Assembly: GCA_963790305.1 (NCBI GenBank)
Contig: CAWBOC010000009.1
Span: 64,001 to 128,000 of the forward strand
Source: an uncultured Gemmatimonadaceae bacterium
GTDB lineage: Bacteria; Gemmatimonadota; Gemmatimonadetes; Gemmatimonadales; Gemmatimonadaceae
DNA length: 64,000 nt
Direction: 5' to 3'
In this document: piece by piece, positions 1 to 12,225 of the stretch
Layout of the letters: each line of letters opens with the position of its first letter
How positions within the stretch are numbered: position 1 is the first letter of the stretch
Translations under genes and position numbers: made by a program
Notes under the pieces: model-generated
What the model saw: the letters and a program-made list of their open reading frames with translations, nothing else
Told to the model about the DNA's origin: nothing
The model's database searches: none

Positions 1-1585
1 TGGCTTGTGCGGATCGAAGTCCGGTGGGAGCGGCCTGCCTAACCGCTCGGACAGCGCGCCATAGGAGCCGATTGCCACAGTGTGCTGCCCATTTCGATCG
101 CATACCCAGATCGGCAGTGGCGTGCCCCAGTACCGGTCACGCGAGAGCGCCCAGTCGATGTTGTTCGTGAGCCACTCGCCGAAGCGCTTCTGTCCCATCT
201 CCGGTGGGGTCCAGTTGACGCGGGCGTTGCGCGCCAGCATGCGATCTCGATACGCCGTGGTACGCACGAACCACGAGTCGCGCGCGTAATAGAGGAGAGG
301 TGTTCCACAGCGCCAGCAATGTGGATACGGGTGTTCGATCGTCCCCGCCTTCCAGAGCGTGCCGCGATGGCGTAGCTCCTCAATGATCAGCGCGTCCGCA
401 TCCTTCACGAACTTTCCGCCGATGACGGGGAGATCCGCGGGGAACTCCCCGCGGCCGTCAACCGGCTGGAGGAAGGCGAGCCCGTGGCGACGCCCGGCGG
501 CGTAGTCGTCGGCGCCGAACGCCGGCGCCATGTGCACGATCCCGCTGCCATCTCCGGCCGAGACGAACGACTCCGTCACGATGAGCTCGTGCTTCCCCTC
601 GCCGTACGGCACCCAGTCGAGCGGACGCCGATAGCGAAGCCCTTCGAGCGCCGCACCGGGCATACGCTGCACGATGCTCCAGCGGTCGGTCCAGTCGTCG
701 CCTAACACCGCCGCCGCGCGCGCCTCGGCGAGAATGATCGTTCCCTCATTCTCGCGATCGCGCCTCACGAGCTCGAGATAGGTGAGCTCGGGATGAACGG
801 CCAGCGCGACGTTGGAGACGAGCGTCCAGGGAGTCGTAGTCCAAACCAAGACTCTACGAGAATGCGGAATGCGGGATGCGGAAGTGCTTTCACCGCTATT
901 CCGCATTCCGGATTCCGCATTCAGCTCCAAGGCGATGTAAACACTGGGATCGCGCACGTCTTCGTATCCCTGCTTGACCTCGTGGTCCGACAGCGCCGTG
1001 CCGCACCGCGGGCAATACGGAAGGATCTTGTGCCCGCGGTAGAGCAGATCCTGACCGTGCAGCGTCGCCAGCGCCCACCACACGCTCTCGACGTAGTCGT
1101 TCGTGTAGGGTGACGTACGCGTCGTCGTAATCGAGCCAGTATCCGATGCGCGCGCTGAGGCGCTCCCAGTCGGCGCGATACCTCCACACGCTCTCGCGGC
1201 AGAGCTGGTTGAACCGCTCGACGCCAATCTCCTCGATCTGCTGCTTTCCGCTGATGCCGAGCTGCTTCTCGACCTCGATCTCCACCGGAAGCCCGTGCGT
1301 GTCCCACCCCGCCTTTCGCAGGACGCGGTAGCCCTTCATCACGCGGTACCGACAGAACAGATCCTTGATCGTGCGCGAGAAGACGTGGTGGATGCCGGGC
1401 TTTCCGTTCGCCGTCGGCGGGCCCTCGAAGAACACGAAGTTCTCTCGGCCCTCCCGCGCCTCGAGCGTACGCGCGAGAATGTTCTCCTCGGTCCACCGCG
1501 CGAGCATCTCCTCCTCGAGCACACTCGGAAGCTGCTCGGGCGGGAGTGCACGATAGTGCGTGACCGGCTGGTCGACGGCGGTCAC
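1..1585 (-). CDS. ileS: Isoleucyl-tRNA synthetase, type 2 (IleRS2); 5' part, runs off the window; one frameshift near 1110
   Basis: [16 protein letters not shown] and [10 protein letters not shown] in ORF 896-1585. Manual translation past the indel at about 1110 gives [62 protein letters not shown], and stays open to base 1. Confidence 0.97.
860..922. repeat. Heptamer-armed palindrome (GAATGCG x3 / CGCATTC x3), in frame inside ileS
   Basis: GAATGCG GAATGCG GGATGCG GAA-15 nt-TTC CGCATTC CGGATTC CGCATTC; length 63 bp. Confidence 0.92.
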
Positions 1586-2506
1586 AGGCGCTCCAGGACG
1601 CCGCGCACGAGCGTGGTGAGCTGCGGTTCGGCGCGTGCGGCGACGGCGATGATTTCGTCGACCTTCGCCGGCTCCAGCGCATCGGGCAGACAGCGGTCGG
1701 TGAAGATCGAGATGCCGAGCACGCGCATCCCGGCATGCACCGCCACGATCACCTCCGGCACCGTCGACATCCCCACGACGTCGGCGCCGGCGTTCCGGAG
1801 CATGCGATATTCCGCTCGCGTCTCGAGATTCGGGCCGGTGACCGCCGCGTAGACGCCCTCGCGGAGGACCATCTTCGCGTCGACCGCCACCTCGCGGGCG
1901 ATCTCTCGCAATGCAGGATCGTACGGCTGGGACATGTCGGGGAACCGCGGGCCGAGCGTGTCGTCGTTAGGGCCGATGAGCGGGTTGTCGCCCAGCAGGT
2001 TGATGTGGTCGGCGATGAGCATCAGCTCACCCTTGTCCCACAGCGGATTCATGACTCCGCACGCGTTCGAGACGACGAGCGTTCTCGCGCCGAGCGCGTG
2101 CATCACACGCACCGGGAACGACACTTCCTGGAGCGAGTATCCCTCGTAGCGGTGGAACCGCCCCTGCATGGCGACGACCTGCTTGCCACCAAGCGTGCCG
2201 AATAGCAATCGGCCGGAGTGGGACTCTACCGTCGACAGCGGAAACCCTGGAATCGCCGCGTAATCGATCGACGCTTGCACGTCGATCTCCCGTCCCAGGG
2301 CGCCCAGTCCCGTACCGAGGATGATCGCGACGTCCGGCGAGCCCGTGTATCGAGACCGGATCGCGGAGACGGCGGCCATGATCCGCCCCAGCGCATGCAG
2401 GGCGGTCGGCGGCCGCGCCCTCCGGCGACGCGGCAGGATGCGGCGGCAAGGCGGGTGGCGCGACCGTCGCGCGCGACCCGCCCACAGGGTCCCGCGCTAC
2501 GGTCAT
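1582..2506 (-). CDS. punA: Purine-nucleoside phosphorylase (PNP/MTAP family); probable start 2506 with an indel, intact frame from 2379
   Basis: [40 protein letters not shown] motifs. ATG at 2506 overlaps the divIVA stop. Confidence 0.93.
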
Positions 2507-3066
2507 TCCTTGATCAGTGAATCGAGCCAGGCCGGCGTCTTCTTCTCTGCTCGGGGATCCTCGTAATTCTCGTTTCGCGTCGGCTCGGGCGGTCGCGCGG
2601 GCGCTGTATCGGTCGCGTCGAGCTCGGCGAGCTGTCGCTCGACGATCGCCCGAAGTTGGCCGAGATACGCGCGCCGGGATTTCTCGAGCTGCTTGAGCTC
2701 CACCTCGAGCTTCCGAATCTCACCGCGAGCCGCTTCCAGGAGGCGGTCACCTTCCGCGCGTGCCTCGCGCAGAATCAGCTGCGCCTCGCGCTCGGCCTGC
2801 TCGCGGATCTCGGCGCGCAGTTGCTGCGCGGAGATGAGGGCATCGTTCAGCGCCTTGTCGCGCTCGCGGAACGCGCGGAGCTGCTCGTGGAAGCCCTTCG
2901 CCTTCGCGTCGAGCTCCTGATTCGCTCTCGTGAGGCGCTCGAGCTCTTCCGCCACGCGGTCGCGGAATTCCTCGACGCTGCTCTTTTCATAGCCGCCCAG
3001 ACGTGCCGGCCTGAAGTCGTGGTGCTTGACGTCGACGGACGTCAGCCGAAACGAGTCGTCGATCAT
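2503..3066 (-). CDS. divIVA: DivIVA-domain cell division/polarity protein
   Basis: LTSVDVKHHDF...GGYEKSSVEEF N-terminal domain followed by coiled coil; lies between yggS and ileS. Confidence 0.88.
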   Translation of the reverse strand: MIDDSFRLTSVDVKHHDFRPARLGGYEKSSVEEFRDRVAEELERLTRANQELDAKAKGFHEQLRAFRERDKALNDALISAQQLRAEIREQAEREAQLILREARAEGDRLLEAARGEIRKLEVELKQLEKSRRAYLGQLRAIVERQLAELDATDTAPARPPEPTRNENYEDPRAEKKTPAWLDSLIKE

Positions 3067-3746
3067 CGTGGTCTCGCTCCAAACAGGACGGTACCCAGGC
3101 GAATCATGGTGGCGCCCTCTTCCACCGCGATCTCGTAGTCGTTCGACATCCCCATGGACAGCTCGAACGCAGGGTGTCCCGCGTTCTCCAACAGCTCACG
3201 CGCGTCGCGCGCTCCAGCGAACACCCGGCGCAGCACCGGCTCATCCGCGTCCAGCGGCGCCATCACCATCACGCCGCACACTCGCGCACCCGCCAATCCC
3301 GCCAGTCGCTCAGCCTCGGCCGGAAGGTCGCTCGGGGCGTACCCGCCCTTGGTCCCCTCACCGGCGACGTTCACCTGCACAAGCGCATCCACCGCGCGCC
3401 CGCGGGCCAACCCATGGTCGCACACGGCATTAGCGAGACGCGCGCTGTCCAGCGAATGCAACAGCGCAAACCGATCGACCGACTTGACCTTGTTGCGCTG
3501 AAGGTGCCCGATCAGGTGCCATGACACCGGAATGGCGACCTCGCCCATCTTCGCCAACGCTTCCTGCACCTTGTTCTCACCAATGTCCCGAAGCCCGGCG
3601 TCCCAGGCCGCGGTGACCGCGTCGGGACCGTGCGTCTTGGTCACCGCAACGATCGTAACCCGTTGCCCATGTCCCCCGCGGGCCGCGGCTGCGGCGATCC
3701 GGTCCCGCACCTCCGCCACGCGCGCCGGGAGGTGGTCAAAACTCAT
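3063..3746 (-). CDS. yggS: PLP homeostasis protein YggS/YlmE
   Basis: VAVTKT, GENKVQE, WHLIGHLQRNK, LSMGMSNDY, IRLGTVLFG. Confidence 0.96.
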   Translation of the reverse strand: MSFDHLPARVAEVRDRIAAAAARGGHGQRVTIVAVTKTHGPDAVTAAWDAGLRDIGENKVQEALAKMGEVAIPVSWHLIGHLQRNKVKSVDRFALLHSLDSARLANAVCDHGLARGRAVDALVQVNVAGEGTKGGYAPSDLPAEAERLAGLAGARVCGVMVMAPLDADEPVLRRVFAGARDARELLENAGHPAFELSMGMSNDYEIAVEEGATMIRLGTVLFGARPR

Positions 3747-3779
3747 AACGCCGTAACCTATCGGAAGTTACACGTCGAA

Positions 3780-5675
3780 TCAAGCGAACGTAGCGACGCG
3801 GTTCTCCCGCAAGGAGCCCGCAATCACCGAAGGACAACGCAGTGTGCGCGCCATGAATCGCGGCGCCCTGTCCGGTGTGTCCAAAGGCTCGCGCGCGAGC
3901 ACCTTGGCGGGAATGAGCCGTGCCGCCCGCTCCGCCAGCTGGACGTCGCGCGTTATGCCCGGTGGGCCGGGGCGGGCGTGGAAGGTGATCCCGTCGAGGA
4001 GCCAGGCCCGGGAGAGCTGCGAGCGCCGGGCACTGTCCAGGAATACGGACGCGGCGAGCGGACGCCGCTCACGCGCTGCCACGCTCGCCAATGCGCGCAG
4101 CCGCTGGCCCTGGCTCATGCGCGACGTCACCGCCTCGAGGGGCAACAGTCCATGCCGCGTCGCGACTTCCGCGCGGTACCAATCGGCACCGAGCAGCGGC
4201 GCAGTGATGACCGCGACGTCGGGACGTACCCCTTCGACGAGTTGGAGATACCAGAGCGGAAAGGAGTCGTTGTCGCCGCCCGTGACCAGAATCGCGCCCG
4301 CGGGAAGCGGAGCCAGCCATGCCCGTGCCGCGACATGCGCCAACGAGGCCTCTGGCTCGCGACGGCGGTTGGTCACGCGCCAGTTCAGCACGACAGGGAG
4401 GCACGCCACCGCGACGCCTAACCATTGAAGGCGTCGGCTCGACAGGAGACGGACCGCACCGTAGCCGGCCCACGCCCCCCACACGAAAAAGCCGAGAGCA
4501 AAAAAATAGTCCCGCTCGCGCACTTCGTGGCGATCGCCTTCCGGGATGAACGTCCACGCGTAGGACGCCCCCGCCTTGAAGTTCATGTACGCCACGAGTC
4601 CTGCGGTCGCGGACGCAAAGACGGTCATCAGCGCAAGCCAGCTTCGGCGGTCATCCCGCGCGTGCCGCACGCAACCCGTTAGGCCGAGCGCGGCGTAGAT
4701 CGCCGTCCATGGCGTCCGGAGCCACGAGGCGCCCACGGCGGCATCGAGGCCCATGGCGAACTGCCAGTCGAGATACTGAACAAGGTTGCCGAGCTGAATC
4801 CAGAGCGGCGCCTGACGAGGCCACAGTCCGCTCGGGGCATACTGGCGACGGGCGATCACATCGAGGAGCGCGGACCACGTCTCGGGATTTCCGGCATCGA
4901 GCGCGGGGTCGTGTGCCGAGCGCACGAGCAGAACGAGGACTGCCGACAGTCCGAGCAGGACGACTCCGACCATGCTCAGGGCGTCGACTCGCGCTCGCAG
5001 CCCTCCAACCGCCGCAATGATCACCCCGATCAGTATTACGGGCACCGACACCATTCCCCCGCCAGCCGCGATCACTGCTGCGCCAAGGAGCGTCATGGCC
5101 CGCGTCGCGCGCATGCTGCCGGTTTCGTCGAGAGACGCAAGCAGGATCGCCCCCGGCGCGCCAACGAGCGCGCTCATGTGAAGCGGAACGGCCAGCGCGA
5201 AGAGGTAGGCAAGGAGAACGCTCCACCTCGCGTTGCTCTCGCGTCCTGCGCGATCTCCCACCACGAGCATGGCGAGCGACAGCGCGAGTGAGGCGGCGTA
5301 CACCTCCGTCTCGGTGGCGTTCGACCACACGGTCGCCGTCACGCCGGCGCAGACTCCGGCCGCAAGTGCGGCGATGGGCTGCCGTGTCGCGCGGGCCAGC
5401 ATGGCGGCGAGCAGGGCCGCGGCGGCCGCAGTGGCCGCGGCGGAGAACAGGTTCGTCGCCAGGGCGCGGGGGAGGAGCCCGAGCGCATCGCTCCACACGC
5501 GGGCGATGAGGACGTACAGCGGGGTTCCCGGCGGATGCGGGATACCGACGGTCTCGATCGCGGCGATGAACTCGCCCGCATCCCAGAGCGTCACGGTGGG
5601 CGCGACGGTCGCCACGTACACGACGAACAGAAGCGCGCCGGCCAGGGCCGGCGCGAGCCGCTGCCGCGCGAGCAC
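3780..5675 (-). CDS. DUF2723 membrane protein (TMEM260-like GT-C glycosyltransferase)
   Basis: WDAGEFIAA..GIPHPPGTPLY, ETEVYA, RERDYFF, GDNDSFPLWY; many hydrophobic segments. Confidence 0.85.
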   Translation of the reverse strand: MLARQRLAPALAGALLFVVYVATVAPTVTLWDAGEFIAAIETVGIPHPPGTPLYVLIARVWSDALGLLPRALATNLFSAAATAAAAALLAAMLARATRQPIAALAAGVCAGVTATVWSNATETEVYAASLALSLAMLVVGDRAGRESNARWSVLLAYLFALAVPLHMSALVGAPGAILLASLDETGSMRATRAMTLLGAAVIAAGGGMVSVPVILIGVIIAAVGGLRARVDALSMVGVVLLGLSAVLVLLVRSAHDPALDAGNPETWSALLDVIARRQYAPSGLWPRQAPLWIQLGNLVQYLDWQFAMGLDAAVGASWLRTPWTAIYAALGLTGCVRHARDDRRSWLALMTVFASATAGLVAYMNFKAGASYAWTFIPEGDRHEVRERDYFFALGFFVWGAWAGYGAVRLLSSRRLQWLGVAVACLPVVLNWRVTNRRREPEASLAHVAARAWLAPLPAGAILVTGGDNDSFPLWYLQLVEGVRPDVAVITAPLLGADWYRAEVATRHGLLPLEAVTSRMSQGQRLRALASVAARERRPLAASVFLDSARRSQLSRAWLLDGITFHARPGPPGITRDVQLAERAARLIPAKVLAREPLDTPDRAPRFMARTLRCPSVIAGSLRENRVATFA

Positions 5676-5678
5676 GCG

Positions 5679-6479
5679 TTAGGCGCGGAGCTCCAGCACC
5701 GGATGCTCCCCCGTCGGACGCGGGGCGCGTCCGGCGAGCACGTCACGCAGCTGCGGCGCCGTGAGGTTGCGAATCAGCCTGCCCTGCTCCGCCACCGAGA
5801 TGATCGACGTCTCCTCCGACACGACGATGACCAGGGCATCCGTCTCCTCGGAAAGTCCAAGGGCGGCCCGGTGCCGCGTGCCGAGCGTGCGATCGGAAAG
5901 CGGTCGCTGAGAGAGCGGCAGGATGCACCCCGCCCCGATGATCATGTCGCCTCGAATGATCACCGCGCCGTCATGCAGCGGTGAGTACGGCGTGAAGATC
6001 GTCGCCAACAGATCGGCCGACACCTTCGCCTGCATTGCCGAGCCCGAGCCGACGTAATCCCCCAGTCCCATCTCGCGCTCGATCGCCAGAATCGCTCCGA
6101 TTCCCGAGCGGCAGAGGCGCTCGACGGCATCCACGATCTCGTCCGCCACCTCGGCCGCTTCCATCCGCCGGAAGATGCGCGTGAAGCGCGAGTGACCGAG
6201 ATGCGCAAGCGCGGCACGGAGCTCGGGCTGGAACACCACCACCGCGGCGAAGGCACCGTAGGTGAACACGAAGCCGAGCAGATACGTGATCATCGTGAGC
6301 TTGAGCACCCACGCCATCGCGTACACGAGCACGAGCACGATGATGCCGAGGAGCATTCGAAGCGCGCGCGTGCCATGAATGAGGAGCAGCAGCCGGAAGA
6401 TGACGTACGCGACCACGATGATACCGATCGCGTCGCGCCACCCGAACTCGAGGAATCGGAACTGATCGAGAAAGCTCAC
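5679..6479 (-). CDS. cdaA: Diadenylate cyclase CdaA/DacA
   Basis: Three N-terminal TM segments, FQPELR, LHDGA and GTRHRAA catalytic motifs, VVSEETS. Confidence 0.95.
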   Translation of the reverse strand: MSFLDQFRFLEFGWRDAIGIIVVAYVIFRLLLLIHGTRALRMLLGIIVLVLVYAMAWVLKLTMITYLLGFVFTYGAFAAVVVFQPELRAALAHLGHSRFTRIFRRMEAAEVADEIVDAVERLCRSGIGAILAIEREMGLGDYVGSGSAMQAKVSADLLATIFTPYSPLHDGAVIIRGDMIIGAGCILPLSQRPLSDRTLGTRHRAALGLSEETDALVIVVSEETSIISVAEQGRLIRNLTAPQLRDVLAGRAPRPTGEHPVLELRA

Positions 6480-7335
6480 CCGTTCTGCTCGTGCTGAAGA
6501 ATCGCCCAGGCCACGTCGAGGGCCTGCCGGGCCGCCGCGACATCGTGAACGCGGAAGATACGCGCCCCGAACGCCAGCGCCATCACGTTGGCACCCGTTG
6601 TCCCGTGCACGCGGTCCGCCGGCTCGCGGACCCCGGTGATGTCCCCGAGGAATCGTTTGCGCGAGACGCCCACGAGCACGGGATAGTCGGTGTCGACGAT
6701 CCGTGGCAGCTCGGCGAGCATCGCGAGCGAATGCTCGCTACGCTTCGAGAAGCCGATCCCCGGATCGAGCACGATCGCCTCGCGTCGAACCCCTGCGCGC
6801 TCCGCCGCCTGCGCTCGCGGCAGAAGCTCCCCGAGCACCTCACCGACGACATCATCTCCATACGTCGCGTGCTCGAACGTGGCCATGTCACTCACCCCAC
6901 CGCGGGAATGCATGAGCACGACGCCGGCCCCCGCACGCGCGCATACCTCCGCCATCCGCGCGTCCAGCCGGAACGCTGACACGTCATTGACGATGGCCGC
7001 TCCTTCCCCGAGCGCTCGTTCGGCGACGTCAGCCTTCACCGTATCCACTGAGACGACCGTCTGGGCAAACCGCCGTTTGATGCCCGCGATGACGGGAAGC
7101 ACGCGACGACCCTCTTCGGCCGCATCCACTGGCGTGGCGCCCTGCGGTCGCGTCGACTCTCCACCCACGTCGATGACGTCCGCGCCCTCGGCCACCAACG
7201 CCTCCGCGCGCGCGTGCGCCTCATCAGCGGAAAAAAAACGACCCCCGTCGCTGAACGAATCGGGGGTCACGTTGAGAATCCCCATCACCACTGGACGGTC
7301 GAGAGGGATGGAGCCGAGGGCGTGAACCCACGCCC

Positions 7336-7339
<4 letters not shown>
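6476..7339 (-). CDS. folP: Dihydropteroate synthase
   Basis: MGILNVTPDSFSDGG, DVGGESTRP, DPGIGF, SRKRF, RVHDV. Confidence 0.97.
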
Positions 7340-9317
<1,978 letters not shown>

Positions 9318-9318
<1 letters not shown>

Positions 9319-9869
9319 TACTGCAAGCTCGCTATGTAAGGCAAATGACGGAAGTTCTCGGCGTGATCCAGTCCGTATCCCACCAGGAACTCGTTCGGAG
9401 CATCAAAACCAACCAGCTTCACCGGGTACCGGAGGTGCGTGTCGACGTGCTTGTGCAGGAGAGCGCAAATATCGAGCGAACGAGGACTTCGCACCCTCAG
9501 GAGGTCCATGAGGCGGCTCAACGTCCGCCCCGAGTCGACAATGTCCTCTACAAGAAGAATGTGCTTCCCCTCCAATTCGGTTTCCGGATCGTACACCAGC
9601 TTGACGTTTCCGCTCGATTCCATCTGGTCGCCGTAGCTCGCCGCGACGAGGAAGTCCACCTGTAGCGGACGAGTGACGCTTCGAACGAGATCGCTCAGGA
9701 AGATGAAGCTTCCCTTGAGCAGCCCAAGTACGAGGAGGTCGCCCTCCGGATACATGCGCGTGATCTCGCGGCCAAGCTCAGCGACCCGTTCGGCGATCTG
9801 CTCCGCGCTGTACACGATGCGACGAACCGGACGTCCATCCAGCCGTGGATCAACGGTAGATATGCTCAC
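9318..9869 (-). CDS. hpt: Hypoxanthine phosphoribosyltransferase (GTG start inferred)
   Basis: LLKGSFIF, LLVEDIVDSGRT, FLVGYGLD; tilS-hpt-ftsH synteny. Confidence 0.96.
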
Positions 9870-11190
9870 AGCGTAACGTGACGTTCGGTCGCCCGGACCG
9901 CGCGGGTGCCGCGAGAGCGCGGCGTACACCAGGAACCCACACTACCTCTCCTCCGGCGACGACCACCGGCCAGCCACGTCGACGCGTCGCGTCAACATTC
10001 GCATCGCGAAACAGCCCCTTGAGCCGGCGTGGTTCTGTCGAGCCTTCCGGAATCATCCGGTCGCCGGGGCGCCATGCACGAACATGAAGCGGTCGATCCG
10101 TGCTCAACGCGGCGGTCCACCGATCCGTCAGCTTCTCCGCCCGAACGAACCGCCAGTCCCCCCACGTTGTGCCAGGCGCGAGCGGTGTCAGGTCAGGCGA
10201 GTCAGCGTGAACGGGGACGCGTCGCACGAGAAACCGGTCACGCTGTCGTACCACCTCGGCGCTCCCGCTCAGCTGAATTCGACCGCCGGGTGACCCTTGA
10301 ATAGTAAACGATACAAGGCGTTCCGTTCCACGGCGATCGAGCGTAACCCCTTGTCGTGCAGCGACTGCCGGCCAGAGGAAGGCGAGCGACTCAGCGTCCA
10401 GCCGAAGGAGCTTCTCCCGCCCAACCACGAGGGCGCCGTCCTGCGTCTCGATCGACAGGCAGTCGTCGATCCAGGAGTCCAGGTCGCTACGTAGCGCCGC
10501 GGCGCGACGAGACAGCTGGAGCAGCTCCCGAGGCAAAGCCGGACTCGCGCGAATGAGCGCTGGCAGCAGGTCCATCCGTACCCGGTTCCGCAGATGGCTG
10601 CGCGAACGGTTGCTCGGGTCTTCGACGAACGGCACCGACCACGTACGCCCGCACTCCGCGATCGTTTCCCGCGTCAGCGTGACGAAAGGACGGCCGATCG
10701 CCGACGGCGCGAGGAGTCCCGCGAGTCCGCGCGCGCCGGAGCCCCGCAGCGCACGCATCACGACGGTTTCGATGTGGTCGTCCAGAGTGTGTGCGGTCAC
10801 TAACCTCGCGGTGAGGTCGGCCGCGACGTTGCCGAGAAATCCCATGCGCTGCCGCCGCCACTCCGCCTCGGTGCGCGCGGGACTGCGGCTCCGTCCACTG
10901 CGCACCGTCAGGCCGAGCACGCGAGCGCGTTCGCCCACGAGCGACGCAGCGGTCGTCGCCGCGACACCGGTCCCGTGATCGAACGTGGCGACAGCCGCGA
11001 CGCTCCCGGGGGCGACGCGCGCGAGCGTCTCGAGGAGCACCATCGAGTCGCGCCCGCCGGACACCGCGACGACGAGTCGAGGTCCGCGCGCCACCTCGGC
11101 CCGCACGGCCTCGGTGGCGAGCGTGACCGGGCTCGCCCGCACCGGCCGCTGCGACGGTCGCGGGCGCCCCAGGCTCCCCCTTGCTACCAT
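9850..11190 (-). CDS. tilS: tRNA(Ile)-lysidine synthase (start uncertain)
   Basis: VAVSGGRDS, TAHTLDDHIET, EDPSN..RNRVR, TilS C-terminal domain. Confidence 0.94.
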   Translation of the reverse strand: MVARGSLGRPRPSQRPVRASPVTLATEAVRAEVARGPRLVVAVSGGRDSMVLLETLARVAPGSVAAVATFDHGTGVAATTAASLVGERARVLGLTVRSGRSRSPARTEAEWRRQRMGFLGNVAADLTARLVTAHTLDDHIETVVMRALRGSGARGLAGLLAPSAIGRPFVTLTRETIAECGRTWSVPFVEDPSNRSRSHLRNRVRMDLLPALIRASPALPRELLQLSRRAAALRSDLDSWIDDCLSIETQDGALVVGREKLLRLDAESLAFLWPAVAARQGVTLDRRGTERLVSFTIQGSPGGRIQLSGSAEVVRQRDRFLVRRVPVHADSPDLTPLAPGTTWGDWRFVRAEKLTDRWTAALSTDRPLHVRAWRPGDRMIPEGSTEPRRLKGLFRDANVDATRRRGWPVVVAGGEVVWVPGVRRALAAPARSGRPNVTLRCEHIYR

Positions 11191-11234
11191 GTCTCGATAC
11201 ATTTCCGGCTCCCACTCTCGCGCAGAGGAAAGCT

Positions 11235-11417
11235 GTGGAGACGCAAGGACCGCTCGCAGTGATCTGGGTCGCCGCCGGGCTGATCGCGTTCTATATCGCG
11301 CTGATCTGGATCAACTCACTGCTCGGCCTGTTCCTGACGCCGCTGTTCATCATCCCGCTCACGTGGCTGCAGGACAAGATGAAGAAGCGGAAAGCGAGAA
11401 AGAGTCAGAAGCGCTGA
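11235..11417 (+). CDS. Small membrane protein (60 aa)
   Basis: GAGGA RBS before a GTG start, long hydrophobic stretch, basic tail, followed by a terminator. Confidence 0.6.
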   Translation: METQGPLAVIWVAAGLIAFYIALIWINSLLGLFLTPLFIIPLTWLQDKMKKRKARKSQKR

Positions 11418-11440
11418 TCTCAGCGTATTCACGGATTGTC

Positions 11441-11476
11441 CCCGACAGGGCGGTCGCGCTCGGTCGGGCTTTTTTT
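11441..11476 (+). terminator. Intrinsic terminator
   Basis: CCCGAC...GTCGGG stem followed by T7. Confidence 0.65.
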
Positions 11477-11482
11477 GCGTTC

Positions 11483-11522
11483 AACCCCCGAAGACATCTG
11501 ACCCCTGATGTCTTCGGGGGTT
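11483..11522. repeat. Perfect 16-bp inverted repeat with a heptamer-like core
   Basis: AACCCCCGAAGACATC-tgacccct-GATGTCTTCGGGGGTT. Confidence 0.85.
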
Positions 11523-11602
11523 AGCCTGCCTCCCCTCATGACTCTTACGGCAGGTTGCTCGTCTTTTCACCAAGGTAAGCCCCCCGCACCAGGAGACCAA
11601 CC

Positions 11603-12193
11603 ATGGGACTGCTCGTCCTCTTGGTTCTCGCTGCCGGCGTCCTGTTCTGGATCGTCAGCGCGTACAACGGATTGATCAGCCTCAAGAATCAGGTCGTGAA
11701 CGGCTGGAAGCAGATCGACGTCCAGCTGAAGCGCCGGCACGATCTCATCCCGAATCTCGTCGACACCGTCAAGGGTGCGATGCAGTTCGAGCGCGAGACC
11801 CTTCAGGCGGTCATCGAGGCACGCAACCAGGCGATCGCGATCGAGCGCGGCGGCGCGGGCGTCGCCGCGACGGCACAGGCCGAATCGCAGCTGTCCGCGG
11901 CGCTGGGTCGCCTGTTCGCGGTCGTCGAGGCGTACCCGCAGCTCAAGGCCACCGGCAATGTGAGCCAGCTGCAGGAAGAGCTGACATCGACCGAGAACCG
12001 CATCGCCTTTGCGCGTCAGCACTACAACGACGTCTCCACGCAGTACAACACGAAGCAGCAGCAGTTCCCGACGAACCTGGTTGCTGGTTTGGCGAAAGCA
12101 GCCCCGGCCGAGCTGTGGGAGATCACGGATGCCGCTGAGCGGGCGGTACCGAGGGTCGATTTGTCGCTGCGCCCGGGGGCGAGGACGGCATGA
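11603..12193 (+). CDS. lemA: LemA family protein
   Basis: YNGL, WKQIDVQLKRRHDLIPNLV, EAYPQLKA, TENRIAFARQHYN, FPTNLVA; AGGAG RBS. Confidence 0.96.
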   Translation: MGLLVLLVLAAGVLFWIVSAYNGLISLKNQVVNGWKQIDVQLKRRHDLIPNLVDTVKGAMQFERETLQAVIEARNQAIAIERGGAGVAATAQAESQLSAALGRLFAVVEAYPQLKATGNVSQLQEELTSTENRIAFARQHYNDVSTQYNTKQQQFPTNLVAGLAKAAPAELWEITDAAERAVPRVDLSLRPGARTA

Positions 12194-12225
12194 GGTCCTC
12201 GAGGACCTCGAGCACCTGAAGTCTC

